64,000 nt of DNA from the human T2T-CHM13v2.0 reference genome, Homo sapiens: NCBI RefSeq assembly GCF_009914755.1, contig NC_060941.1. The stretch is one strand, 5' to 3'. The position numbers and the translations under genes were made by a program. Numbering within the stretch: the first letter of the stretch is position 1; each line of letters begins with the position of its first letter. Below are positions 1 through 11,600 of the stretch, one piece after another. The notes below the pieces were generated by a model, which had not been told where the DNA came from, did not search any database, and saw only the letters and a list, made by a program, of their open reading frames with translations.

Positions 1-49
1 ACTCTCTTTCTGTGGCATCTGCAAGGGGACATGTAGACCTCTTTGAAGA

Positions 50-66
50 TTTCGTTGGAAACGGAA
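50..66 (+). other. Degenerate CENP-B box (probably non-binding)
   Basis: TTTCGTTGGAAACGGAA has CGGA instead of the core CGGG. A second degenerate box, TGTCTTTGGAAACGGGA lacking TTCG, lies at 900-916. Confidence 0.8.
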
Positions 67-562
67 TCATCTTCACATAAAAACTACACAGATGCATTCT
101 CAGGAACTTTTTGGTGATGTTTGTATTCAACTCCCAGAGTTGAACTTTCCTTTGGAAAGAGCAGCTATGAAACACTGTTTTTCTAGAATCTGCAAGTGGA
201 CGTTTGGAGGGCTTTGTGGTTTGTGGTGGAAAAGGAAATATCTTCACCTAAATACTAGATAGAAGCATTCTCAGAAACTGCTTTGTGATGATTGCATTCA
301 CCTCACAGAGTTGAACATTCCTATTGATAGAGCAGTTTGGAAACACTCTTGTTGTGGAATGTGCAAGTGGAGATTTGGAGCGCTTTGAGGCCTATGGTAG
401 TAAAGGGAATAGCTTCATAGAAAAACTAGACAGAAGCATTCTCAGAAAATACTTTGTGATGATTGAGTTTAACTCACAGAGCTGAACATTCCTTTGGATG
501 GAGCAGGTTTGAGACACACTTTTTGTAGAATCTACAAGTGGATATTTGGACCTCTCTGAGGA

Positions 563-579
563 TTTCGTTGGAAACGGGA
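563..579 (+). other. CENP-B box, canonical (recurs once per HOR)
   Basis: TTTCGTTGGAAACGGGA matches the core NTTCGNNNNANNCGGGN. Confidence 0.95.
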
Positions 580-728
580 TAACTGCACCTAACTAAACGG
601 AAGCATTCTCAGAAACTTCTTGGTGATGTTTGCATTCAAATCCCAGAGTTGAACCTTCCTTTGATAGTTCAGGTTTGAAACACTCTTTTTGTAGGATCTG
701 CAAGTGGATATTTGGACCACTCTGTGGC

Positions 729-745
729 CTTCGTTCGAAACGGGT
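729..745 (+). other. CENP-B box with intact core (recurs once per HOR)
   Basis: CTTCGTTCGAAACGGGT retains all 9 core bases. Confidence 0.9.
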
Positions 746-1242
746 ATATCTTCGCATAAAATCTAGACAGAAGCCTTCTCAGAAACTTCTCTGTGATGAT
801 TGCATTCAACTCACAGAGTTGAACCCTCCTATGGATAGAGCAGTGTTGAAACTCTCTTTTTGTGGAATCTGCAAGTGGATACGTGGACCTCTCCGAAGAT
901 GTCTTTGGAAACGGGAATATCTTCACATAAAAACTAAACAGAAGCATTCTCAGAAACTTCTCTGTGATGTTTGTGTTCAACTCCCAGAGTTTCACATTGC
1001 TTTTCATAGAGTAGTTCTGAAACATGCTTTTCGTAGTGTCTACAAGTGGACATTTGGAGCGCTTTCAGGCCTGTGGTGGAAAACGAATTATGGTCACATA
1101 AAAACTGGAGAGAAGCATTGTCAGAAACTTCTTTGTGATGATTGCATTCAACTCACAGAGTTGAAGGTTCCTTTTCAAAGAGCAGTTTCCAATCACTCTT
1201 TCTGTGGAATCTGCAAGTGGATATTTGGACCTATTTTGAAGA

Positions 1243-1259
1243 TTTCGTTGGAAACGGGA
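1243..1259 (+). other. CENP-B box, canonical (recurs once per HOR)
   Basis: TTTCGTTGGAAACGGGA. Confidence 0.95.
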
Positions 1260-1755
1260 GAATCTTCACAGGAAAGCTAAACAGAAGCATTCTCAGAAAC
1301 TTCTTTGTGATGCTTGCATTCAACTCACAGAGTTGAACTTTCCTTTCGAGAGAGAAGCTTTGAAACACTCTTTTTCCAGAATCTGCAAGTGGACATTTGG
1401 AGGGCTTTGAGGCCTGTGGTGGAAAAGGAATTATCTTCCCGTAAAAGCTAGATAGAAGCATTCTCAGAAACTACTTTGTGATGATTGCATTCAAGTCACA
1501 GAGTTGAACATTCCCTTTGACAGAGCAGTTTGGAAACTCTCTTTGTGTAGAATCTGCAAGTGGAGATATGGACCGCTTTGAGGCCTATGGTAGTAAAGGA
1601 AATAGCTTCATATAAAAGCTAGACAGTAGCATTCACAGAAAACTCTTGGTGACGACTGAGTTTAACTCACAGAGCTGAACATTCCTTTGGATGGAGCAGT
1701 TTCGAAACACACTATTTGTAGAATGTGCAAGTGGATATTTAGGCCTCTCTGAGGA

Positions 1756-2107
1756 TTTCGTTGGAAACGGGATAAACCGCACAGAACTAAACAGAAGCAT
1801 TCTCAGAACCTTCTTCGTGATGTTTGCATTCAACTCACAGTGTTGAACCTTTCTTTGATAGTTCAGGTTTGAAACGGTCTTTCTGTAGAAACTGCAAGTA
1901 GATATTTGGACCTCTCTGAGGATTTCGTTGGAAACGGGATAACCCGCACAGAACTAAAACAGAAGCATTCTCAGAACCCTCTTCGTGATGTTTGCATTCA
2001 ACTCACAGTGCTGAACCTTTCTTTGATAGTTCAGCTTTGAAACACTCTTTTTGTAGAAACTGCAAGTGGATATTTGGTCCTCTCTGAGCATTTCGTTGGA
2101 AACGGGA
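1756..2107 (+). other. Three CENP-B boxes in consecutive monomers (1756-1772, 1923-1939, 2091-2107; recur once per HOR)
   Basis: Three copies of TTTCGTTGGAAACGGGA spaced 167 and 168 bp apart. Confidence 0.95.
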
Positions 2108-2301
2108 TAAACTGCACAGAACTAAACAGAAGCATTCTCAGAACCTTCTTCGTGATGTCTGCATTCAACTCACAGTGTGGAACCTTTCTTTGATAGTTCA
2201 GGTTTGAAACACTCTTTTTGTAGAAACTGCAAGGGGATAATTGCACTCTTTGAGGAGTACCGTAGTAAAGGAAATAACTTCCTATAAAAAGAAGACAGAA
2301 G
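1798..2301 (+). repeat. Internal triplication of closely related monomers within the HOR
   Basis: Monomers at 1798, 1966 and 2133 all begin CATTCTCAGAACC(T/C)TCTTCGTGATGT(T/C)TGCATTCAACTCACAGTG...AACCTTTCTTTGATAGTTCAG. They are much more similar to each other than to other monomers. The third ends in a CENP-B-box-less tail (CGTAGTAAAGGAAAT). Confidence 0.9.
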
Positions 2302-2427
2302 CTTTCTCAGAAAATTCTTTGGGATGATTGAGTTGAACTCACAGAGCTGAGCATTCCTTGCGATGTAGCAGTTTAGAAACACACTTTCTGCAGAATCTGC
2401 AAGTGCATATTTGGACCTCTGTGAGGA

Positions 2428-2444
2428 ATTCGTTGGAAACGGGA
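2428..2444 (+). other. CENP-B box overlapping the HOR-defining EcoRI site (GAATTC at 2426-2431)
   Basis: ATTCGTTGGAAACGGGA has an intact core. GAATTC is present at this position in every full unit. Confidence 0.9.
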
Positions 2445-2593
2445 TAATTTCAGCTGACTAAACAGAAGCAGTCTCAGAATCTTCTTTGTGATGTTTGCAT
2501 TCAAATCCCCGAGTTGAACTTTCCTTTCAAAGTTCACGTTTGAAACACTCTTTTTGCAGGATCTACAAGTGGATATTTGGACCACTCTGTGTC

Positions 2594-2610
2594 CTTCGAT
2601 CGAAACGGGT
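2594..2610 (+). other. CENP-B box with intact core and an internal palindrome
   Basis: CTTCGATCGAAACGGGT retains all 9 core bases, and TTCGATCGAA at 2595-2604 is self-complementary. Confidence 0.88.
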
Positions 2611-5600
2611 ATATCTTCACATGACATCTAGACAGAAGCATCCTCAGAAGCTTCTCTGTGATGACTGCATTCAACTCACGGAGTTGAACACTCCTTTTGA
2701 GAGCGCAGTTTTGAAACTCTCTTTCTGTGGCATCTGCAAGGGGACATGTAGACCTCTTTGAAGATTTCGTTGGAAACGGAATCATCTTCACATAAAAACT
2801 ACACAGATGCATTCTCAGGAACTTTTTGGTGATGTTTGTATTCAACTCCCAGAGTTGAACTTTCCTTTGGAAAGAGCAGCTATGAAACACTGTTTTTCTA
2901 GAATCTGCAAGTGGACGTTTGGAGGGCTTTGTGGTTTGTGGTGGAAAAGGAAATATCTTCACCTAAATACTAGATAGAAGCATTCTCAGAAACTGCTTTG
3001 TGATGATTGCATTCACCTCACAGAGTTGAACATTCCTATTGATAGAGCAGTTTGGAAACACTCTTGTTGTGGAATGTGCAAGTGGAGATTTGGAGCGCTT
3101 TGAGGCCTATGGTAGTAAAGGGAATAGCTTCATAGAAAAACTAGACAGAAGCATTCTCAGAAAATACTTTGTGATGATTGAGTTTAACTCACAGAGCTGA
3201 ACATTCCTTTGGATGGAGCAGGTTTGAGACACACTTTTTGTAGAATCTACAAGTGGATATTTGGACCTCTCTGAGGATTTCGTTGGAAACGGGATAACTG
3301 CACCTAACTAAACGGAAGCATTCTCAGAAACTTCTTGGTGATGTTTGCATTCAAATCCCAGAGTTGAACCTTCCTTTGATAGTTCAGGTTTGAAACACTC
3401 TTTTTGTAGGATCTGCAAGTGGATATTTGGACCACTCTGTGGCCTTCGTTCGAAACGGGTATATCTTCGCATAAAATCTAGACAGAAGCCTTCTCAGAAA
3501 CTTCTCTGTGATGATTGCATTCAACTCACAGAGTTGAACCCTCCTATGGATAGAGCAGTGTTGAAACTCTCTTTTTGTGGAATCTGCAAGTGGATACGTG
3601 GACCTCTCCGAAGATGTCTTTGGAAACGGGAATATCTTCACATAAAAACTAAACAGAAGCATTCTCAGAAACTTCTCTGTGATGTTTGTGTTCAACTCCC
3701 AGAGTTTCACATTGCTTTTCATAGAGTAGTTCTGAAACATGCTTTTCGTAGTGTCTACAAGTGGACATTTGGAGCGCTTTCAGGCCTGTGGTGGAAAACG
3801 AATTATGGTCACATAAAAACTGGAGAGAAGCATTGTCAGAAACTTCTTTGTGATGATTGCATTCAACTCACAGAGTTGAAGGTTCCTTTTCAAAGAGCAG
3901 TTTCCAATCACTCTTTCTGTGGAATCTGCAAGTGGATATTTGGACCTATTTTGAAGATTTCGTTGGAAACGGGAGAATCTTCACAGGAAAGCTAAACAGA
4001 AGCATTCTCAGAAACTTCTTTGTGATGCTTGCATTCAACTCACAGAGTTGAACTTTCCTTTCGAGAGAGAAGCTTTGAAACACTCTTTTTCCAGAATCTG
4101 CAAGTGGACATTTGGAGGGCTTTGAGGCCTGTGGTGGAAAAGGAATTATCTTCCCGTAAAAGCTAGATAGAAGCATTCTCAGAAACTACTTTGTGATGAT
4201 TGCATTCAAGTCACAGAGTTGAACATTCCCTTTGACAGAGCAGTTTGGAAACTCTCTTTGTGTAGAATCTGCAAGTGGAGATATGGACCGCTTTGAGGCC
4301 TATGGTAGTAAAGGAAATAGCTTCATATAAAAGCTAGACAGTAGCATTCACAGAAAACTCTTGGTGACGACTGAGTTTAACTCACAGAGCTGAACATTCC
4401 TTTGGATGGAGCAGTTTCGAAACACACTATTTGTAGAATGTGCAAGTGGATATTTAGGCCTCTCTGAGGATTTCGTTGGAAACGGGATAAACCGCACAGA
4501 ACTAAACAGAAGCATTCTCAGAACCTTCTTCGTGATGTTTGCATTCAACTCACAGTGTTGAACCTTTCTTTGATAGTTCAGGTTTGAAACGGTCTTTCTG
4601 TAGAAACTGCAAGTAGATATTTGGACCTCTCTGAGGATTTCGTTGGAAACGGGATAACCCGCACAGAACTAAAACAGAAGCATTCTCAGAACCCTCTTCG
4701 TGATGTTTGCATTCAACTCACAGTGCTGAACCTTTCTTTGATAGTTCAGCTTTGAAACACTCTTTTTGTAGAAACTGCAAGTGGATATTTGGTCCTCTCT
4801 GAGCATTTCGTTGGAAACGGGATAAACTGCACAGAACTAAACAGAAGCATTCTCAGAACCTTCTTCGTGATGTCTGCATTCAACTCACAGTGTGGAACCT
4901 TTCTTTGATAGTTCAGGTTTGAAACACTCTTTTTGTAGAAACTGCAAGGGGATAATTGCACTCTTTGAGGAGTACCGTAGTAAAGGAAATAACTTCCTAT
5001 AAAAAGAAGACAGAAGCTTTCTCAGAAAATTCTTTGGGATGATTGAGTTGAACTCACAGAGCTGAGCATTCCTTGCGATGTAGCAGTTTAGAAACACACT
5101 TTCTGCAGAATCTGCAAGTGCATATTTGGACCTCTGTGAGGAATTCGTTGGAAACGGGATAATTTCAGCTGACTAAACAGAAGCAGTCTCAGAATCTTCT
5201 TTGTGATGTTTGCATTCAAATCCCCGAGTTGAACTTTCCTTTCAAAGTTCACGTTTGAAACACTCTTTTTGCAGGATCTACAAGTGGATATTTGGACCAC
5301 TCTGTGTCCTTCGATCGAAACGGGTATATCTTCACATGACATCTAGACAGAAGCATCCTCAGAAGCTTCTCTGTGATGACTGCATTCAACTCACGGAGTT
5401 GAACACTCCTTTTGAGAGCGCAGTTTTGAAACTCTCTTTCTGTGGCATCTGCAAGGGGACATGTAGACCTCTTTGAAGATTTCGTTGGAAACGGAATCAT
5501 CTTCACATAAAAACTACACAGATGCATTCTCAGGAACTTTTTGGTGATGTTTGTATTCAACTCCCAGAGTTGAACTTTCCTTTGGAAAGAGCAGCTATGA

Positions 5601-8600
5601 AACACTGTTTTTCTAGAATCTGCAAGTGGACGTTTGGAGGGCTTTGTGGTTTGTGGTGGAAAAGGAAATATCTTCACCTAAATACTAGATAGAAGCATTC
5701 TCAGAAACTGCTTTGTGATGATTGCATTCACCTCACAGAGTTGAACATTCCTATTGATAGAGCAGTTTGGAAACACTCTTGTTGTGGAATGTGCAAGTGG
5801 AGATTTGGAGCGCTTTGAGGCCTATGGTAGTAAAGGGAATAGCTTCATAGAAAAACTAGACAGAAGCATTCTCAGAAAATACTTTGTGATGATTGAGTTT
5901 AACTCACAGAGCTGAACATTCCTTTGGATGGAGCAGGTTTGAGACACACTTTTTGTAGAATCTACAAGTGGATATTTGGACCTCTCTGAGGATTTCGTTG
6001 GAAACGGGATAACTGCACCTAACTAAACGGAAGCATTCTCAGAAACTTCTTGGTGATGTTTGCATTCAAATCCCAGAGTTGAACCTTCCTTTGATAGTTC
6101 AGGTTTGAAACACTCTTTTTGTAGGATCTGCAAGTGGATATTTGGACCACTCTGTGGCCTTCGTTCGAAACGGGTATATCTTCGCATAAAATCTAGACAG
6201 AAGCCTTCTCAGAAACTTCTCTGTGATGATTGCATTCAACTCACAGAGTTGAACCCTCCTATGGATAGAGCAGTGTTGAAACTCTCTTTTTGTGGAATCT
6301 GCAAGTGGATACGTGGACCTCTCCGAAGATGTCTTTGGAAACGGGAATATCTTCACATAAAAACTAAACAGAAGCATTCTCAGAAACTTCTCTGTGATGT
6401 TTGTGTTCAACTCCCAGAGTTTCACATTGCTTTTCATAGAGTAGTTCTGAAACATGCTTTTCGTAGTGTCTACAAGTGGACATTTGGAGCGCTTTCAGGC
6501 CTGTGGTGGAAAACGAATTATGGTCACATAAAAACTGGAGAGAAGCATTGTCAGAAACTTCTTTGTGATGATTGCATTCAACTCACAGAGTTGAAGGTTC
6601 CTTTTCAAAGAGCAGTTTCCAATCACTCTTTCTGTGGAATCTGCAAGTGGATATTTGGACCTATTTTGAAGATTTCGTTGGAAACGGGAGAATCTTCACA
6701 GGAAAGCTAAACAGAAGCATTCTCAGAAACTTCTTTGTGATGCTTGCATTCAACTCACAGAGTTGAACTTTCCTTTCGAGAGAGAAGCTTTGAAACACTC
6801 TTTTTCCAGAATCTGCAAGTGGACATTTGGAGGGCTTTGAGGCCTGTGGTGGAAAAGGAATTATCTTCCCGTAAAAGCTAGATAGAAGCATTCTCAGAAA
6901 CTACTTTGTGATGATTGCATTCAAGTCACAGAGTTGAACATTCCCTTTGACAGAGCAGTTTGGAAACTCTCTTTGTGTAGAATCTGCAAGTGGAGATATG
7001 GACCGCTTTGAGGCCTATGGTAGTAAAGGAAATAGCTTCATATAAAAGCTAGACAGTAGCATTCACAGAAAACTCTTGGTGACGACTGAGTTTAACTCAC
7101 AGAGCTGAACATTCCTTTGGATGGAGCAGTTTCGAAACACACTATTTGTAGAATGTGCAAGTGGATATTTAGGCCTCTCTGAGGATTTCGTTGGAAACGG
7201 GATAAACCGCACAGAACTAAACAGAAGCATTCTCAGAACCTTCTTCGTGATGTTTGCATTCAACTCACAGTGTTGAACCTTTCTTTGATAGTTCAGGTTT
7301 GAAACGGTCTTTCTGTAGAAACTGCAAGTAGATATTTGGACCTCTCTGAGGATTTCGTTGGAAACGGGATAACCCGCACAGAACTAAAACAGAAGCATTC
7401 TCAGAACCCTCTTCGTGATGTTTGCATTCAACTCACAGTGCTGAACCTTTCTTTGATAGTTCAGCTTTGAAACACTCTTTTTGTAGAAACTGCAAGTGGA
7501 TATTTGGTCCTCTCTGAGCATTTCGTTGGAAACGGGATAAACTGCACAGAACTAAACAGAAGCATTCTCAGAACCTTCTTCGTGATGTCTGCATTCAACT
7601 CACAGTGTGGAACCTTTCTTTGATAGTTCAGGTTTGAAACACTCTTTTTGTAGAAACTGCAAGGGGATAATTGCACTCTTTGAGGAGTACCGTAGTAAAG
7701 GAAATAACTTCCTATAAAAAGAAGACAGAAGCTTTCTCAGAAAATTCTTTGGGATGATTGAGTTGAACTCACAGAGCTGAGCATTCCTTGCGATGTAGCA
7801 GTTTAGAAACACACTTTCTGCAGAATCTGCAAGTGCATATTTGGACCTCTGTGAGGAATTCGTTGGAAACGGGATAATTTCAGCTGACTAAACAGAAGCA
7901 GTCTCAGAATCTTCTTTGTGATGTTTGCATTCAAATCCCCGAGTTGAACTTTCCTTTCAAAGTTCACGTTTGAAACACTCTTTTTGCAGGATCTACAAGT
8001 GGATATTTGGACCACTCTGTGTCCTTCGATCGAAACGGGTATATCTTCACATGACATCTAGACAGAAGCATCCTCAGAAGCTTCTCTGTGATGACTGCAT
8101 TCAACTCACGGAGTTGAACACTCCTTTTGAGAGCGCAGTTTTGAAACTCTCTTTCTGTGGCATCTGCAAGGGGACATGTAGACCTCTTTGAAGATTTCGT
8201 TGGAAACGGAATCATCTTCACATAAAAACTACACAGATGCATTCTCAGGAACTTTTTGGTGATGTTTGTATTCAACTCCCAGAGTTGAACTTTCCTTTGG
8301 AAAGAGCAGCTATGAAACACTGTTTTTCTAGAATCTGCAAGTGGACGTTTGGAGGGCTTTGTGGTTTGTGGTGGAAAAGGAAATATCTTCACCTAAATAC
8401 TAGATAGAAGCATTCTCAGAAACTGCTTTGTGATGATTGCATTCACCTCACAGAGTTGAACATTCCTATTGATAGAGCAGTTTGGAAACACTCTTGTTGT
8501 GGAATGTGCAAGTGGAGATTTGGAGCGCTTTGAGGCCTATGGTAGTAAAGGGAATAGCTTCATAGAAAAACTAGACAGAAGCATTCTCAGAAAATACTTT

Positions 8601-11600
8601 GTGATGATTGAGTTTAACTCACAGAGCTGAACATTCCTTTGGATGGAGCAGGTTTGAGACACACTTTTTGTAGAATCTACAAGTGGATATTTGGACCTCT
8701 CTGAGGATTTCGTTGGAAACGGGATAACTGCACCTAACTAAACGGAAGCATTCTCAGAAACTTCTTGGTGATGTTTGCATTCAAATCCCAGAGTTGAACC
8801 TTCCTTTGATAGTTCAGGTTTGAAACACTCTTTTTGTAGGATCTGCAAGTGGATATTTGGACCACTCTGTGGCCTTCGTTCGAAACGGGTATATCTTCGC
8901 ATAAAATCTAGACAGAAGCCTTCTCAGAAACTTCTCTGTGATGATTGCATTCAACTCACAGAGTTGAACCCTCCTATGGATAGAGCAGTGTTGAAACTCT
9001 CTTTTTGTGGAATCTGCAAGTGGATACGTGGACCTCTCCGAAGATGTCTTTGGAAACGGGAATATCTTCACATAAAAACTAAACAGAAGCATTCTCAGAA
9101 ACTTCTCTGTGATGTTTGTGTTCAACTCCCAGAGTTTCACATTGCTTTTCATAGAGTAGTTCTGAAACATGCTTTTCGTAGTGTCTACAAGTGGACATTT
9201 GGAGCGCTTTCAGGCCTGTGGTGGAAAACGAATTATGGTCACATAAAAACTGGAGAGAAGCATTGTCAGAAACTTCTTTGTGATGATTGCATTCAACTCA
9301 CAGAGTTGAAGGTTCCTTTTCAAAGAGCAGTTTCCAATCACTCTTTCTGTGGAATCTGCAAGTGGATATTTGGACCTATTTTGAAGATTTCGTTGGAAAC
9401 GGGAGAATCTTCACAGGAAAGCTAAACAGAAGCATTCTCAGAAACTTCTTTGTGATGCTTGCATTCAACTCACAGAGTTGAACTTTCCTTTCGAGAGAGA
9501 AGCTTTGAAACACTCTTTTTCCAGAATCTGCAAGTGGACATTTGGAGGGCTTTGAGGCCTGTGGTGGAAAAGGAATTATCTTCCCGTAAAAGCTAGATAG
9601 AAGCATTCTCAGAAACTACTTTGTGATGATTGCATTCAAGTCACAGAGTTGAACATTCCCTTTGACAGAGCAGTTTGGAAACTCTCTTTGTGTAGAATCT
9701 GCAAGTGGAGATATGGACCGCTTTGAGGCCTATGGTAGTAAAGGAAATAGCTTCATATAAAAGCTAGACAGTAGCATTCACAGAAAACTCTTGGTGACGA
9801 CTGAGTTTAACTCACAGAGCTGAACATTCCTTTGGATGGAGCAGTTTCGAAACACACTATTTGTAGAATGTGCAAGTGGATATTTAGGCCTCTCTGAGGA
9901 TTTCGTTGGAAACGGGATAAACCGCACAGAACTAAACAGAAGCATTCTCAGAACCTTCTTCGTGATGTTTGCATTCAACTCACAGTGTTGAACCTTTCTT
10001 TGATAGTTCAGGTTTGAAACGGTCTTTCTGTAGAAACTGCAAGTAGATATTTGGACCTCTCTGAGGATTTCGTTGGAAACGGGATAACCCGCACAGAACT
10101 AAAACAGAAGCATTCTCAGAACCCTCTTCGTGATGTTTGCATTCAACTCACAGTGCTGAACCTTTCTTTGATAGTTCAGCTTTGAAACACTCTTTTTGTA
10201 GAAACTGCAAGTGGATATTTGGTCCTCTCTGAGCATTTCGTTGGAAACGGGATAAACTGCACAGAACTAAACAGAAGCATTCTCAGAACCTTCTTCGTGA
10301 TGTCTGCATTCAACTCACAGTGTGGAACCTTTCTTTGATAGTTCAGGTTTGAAACACTCTTTTTGTAGAAACTGCAAGGGGATAATTGCACTCTTTGAGG
10401 AGTACCGTAGTAAAGGAAATAACTTCCTATAAAAAGAAGACAGAAGCTTTCTCAGAAAATTCTTTGGGATGATTGAGTTGAACTCACAGAGCTGAGCATT
10501 CCTTGCGATGTAGCAGTTTAGAAACACACTTTCTGCAGAATCTGCAAGTGCATATTTGGACCTCTGTGAGGAATTCGTTGGAAACGGGATAATTTCAGCT
10601 GACTAAACAGAAGCAGTCTCAGAATCTTCTTTGTGATGTTTGCATTCAAATCCCCGAGTTGAACTTTCCTTTCAAAGTTCACGTTTGAAACACTCTTTTT
10701 GCAGGATCTACAAGTGGATATTTGGACCACTCTGTGTCCTTCGATCGAAACGGGTATATCTTCACATGACATCTAGACAGAAGCATCCTCAGAAGCTTCT
10801 CTGTGATGACTGCATTCAACTCACGGAGTTGAACACTCCTTTTGAGAGCGCAGTTTTGAAACTCTCTTTCTGTGGCATCTGCAAGGGGACATGTAGACCT
10901 CTTTGAAGATTTCGTTGGAAACGGAATCATCTTCACATAAAAACTACACAGATGCATTCTCAGGAACTTTTTGGTGATGTTTGTATTCAACTCCCAGAGT
11001 TGAACTTTCCTTTGGAAAGAGCAGCTATGAAACACTGTTTTTCTATAATCTGCAAGTGGACGTTTGGAGGGCTTTGTGGTTTGTGGTGGAAAAGGAAATA
11101 TCTTCACCTAAATACTAGATAGAAGCATTCTCAGAAACTGCTTTGTGATGATTGCATTCACCTCACAGAGTTGAACATTCCTATTGATAGAGCAGTTTGG
11201 AAACACTCTTGTTGTGGAATGTGCAAGTGGAGATTTGGAGCGCTTTGAGGCCTATGGTAGTAAAGGGAATAGCTTCATAGAAAAACTAGACAGAAGCATT
11301 CTCAGAAAATACTTTGTGATGATTGAGTTTAACTCACAGAGCTGAACATTCCTTTGGATGGAGCAGGTTTGAGACACACTTTTTGTAGAATCTACAAGTG
11401 GATATTTGGACCTCTCTGAGGATTTCGTTGGAAACGGGATAACTGCACCTAACTAAACGGAAGCATTCTCAGAAACTTCTTGGTGATGTTTGCATTCAAA
11501 TCCCAGAGTTGAACCTTCCTTTGATAGTTCAGGTTTGAAACACTCTTTTTGTAGGATCTGCAAGTGGATATTTGGACCACTCTGTGGCCTTCGTTCGAAA

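Larger units (their letters stand above)
95..2809 (+). repeat. One complete 16-monomer HOR unit (representative)
   Basis: Monomer starts at the CATTCTCAG-like motif lie at 95, 266, 437, 604, 774, 945, 1116, 1288, 1459, 1630, 1798, 1966, 2133, 2302, 2469 and 2639, then 2810 (95+2715). Monomer lengths are 167-172 bp. Recurrent monomer classes are visible: 95/945/1288, 266/1459, 437/1630/2302, 604/2469 and 774/2639, consistent with a pentameric ancestor. Confidence 0.95.

Noticed and set aside
630-1280. 216 aa ORF repeated in every unit, plus all the other 64-142 aa ORFs
   Set aside because: These are translations of alpha satellite. Peptide motifs (KHSQKLLCD, FCGICKWIFGPL) recur every ~57 aa simply because 171 bp is a multiple of 3. 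There is no recognisable domain or gene context, ORFs overlap on both strands, and this ORF begins at TTG. Identity between copies reflects DNA homogenisation, not coding constraint.
2281-2295. TATA-box-like CCTATAAAAAG
   Set aside because: It is a variant of the ordinary monomer tail (CACATAAAAACTAGACAG). No promoter function can be supported from sequence alone.
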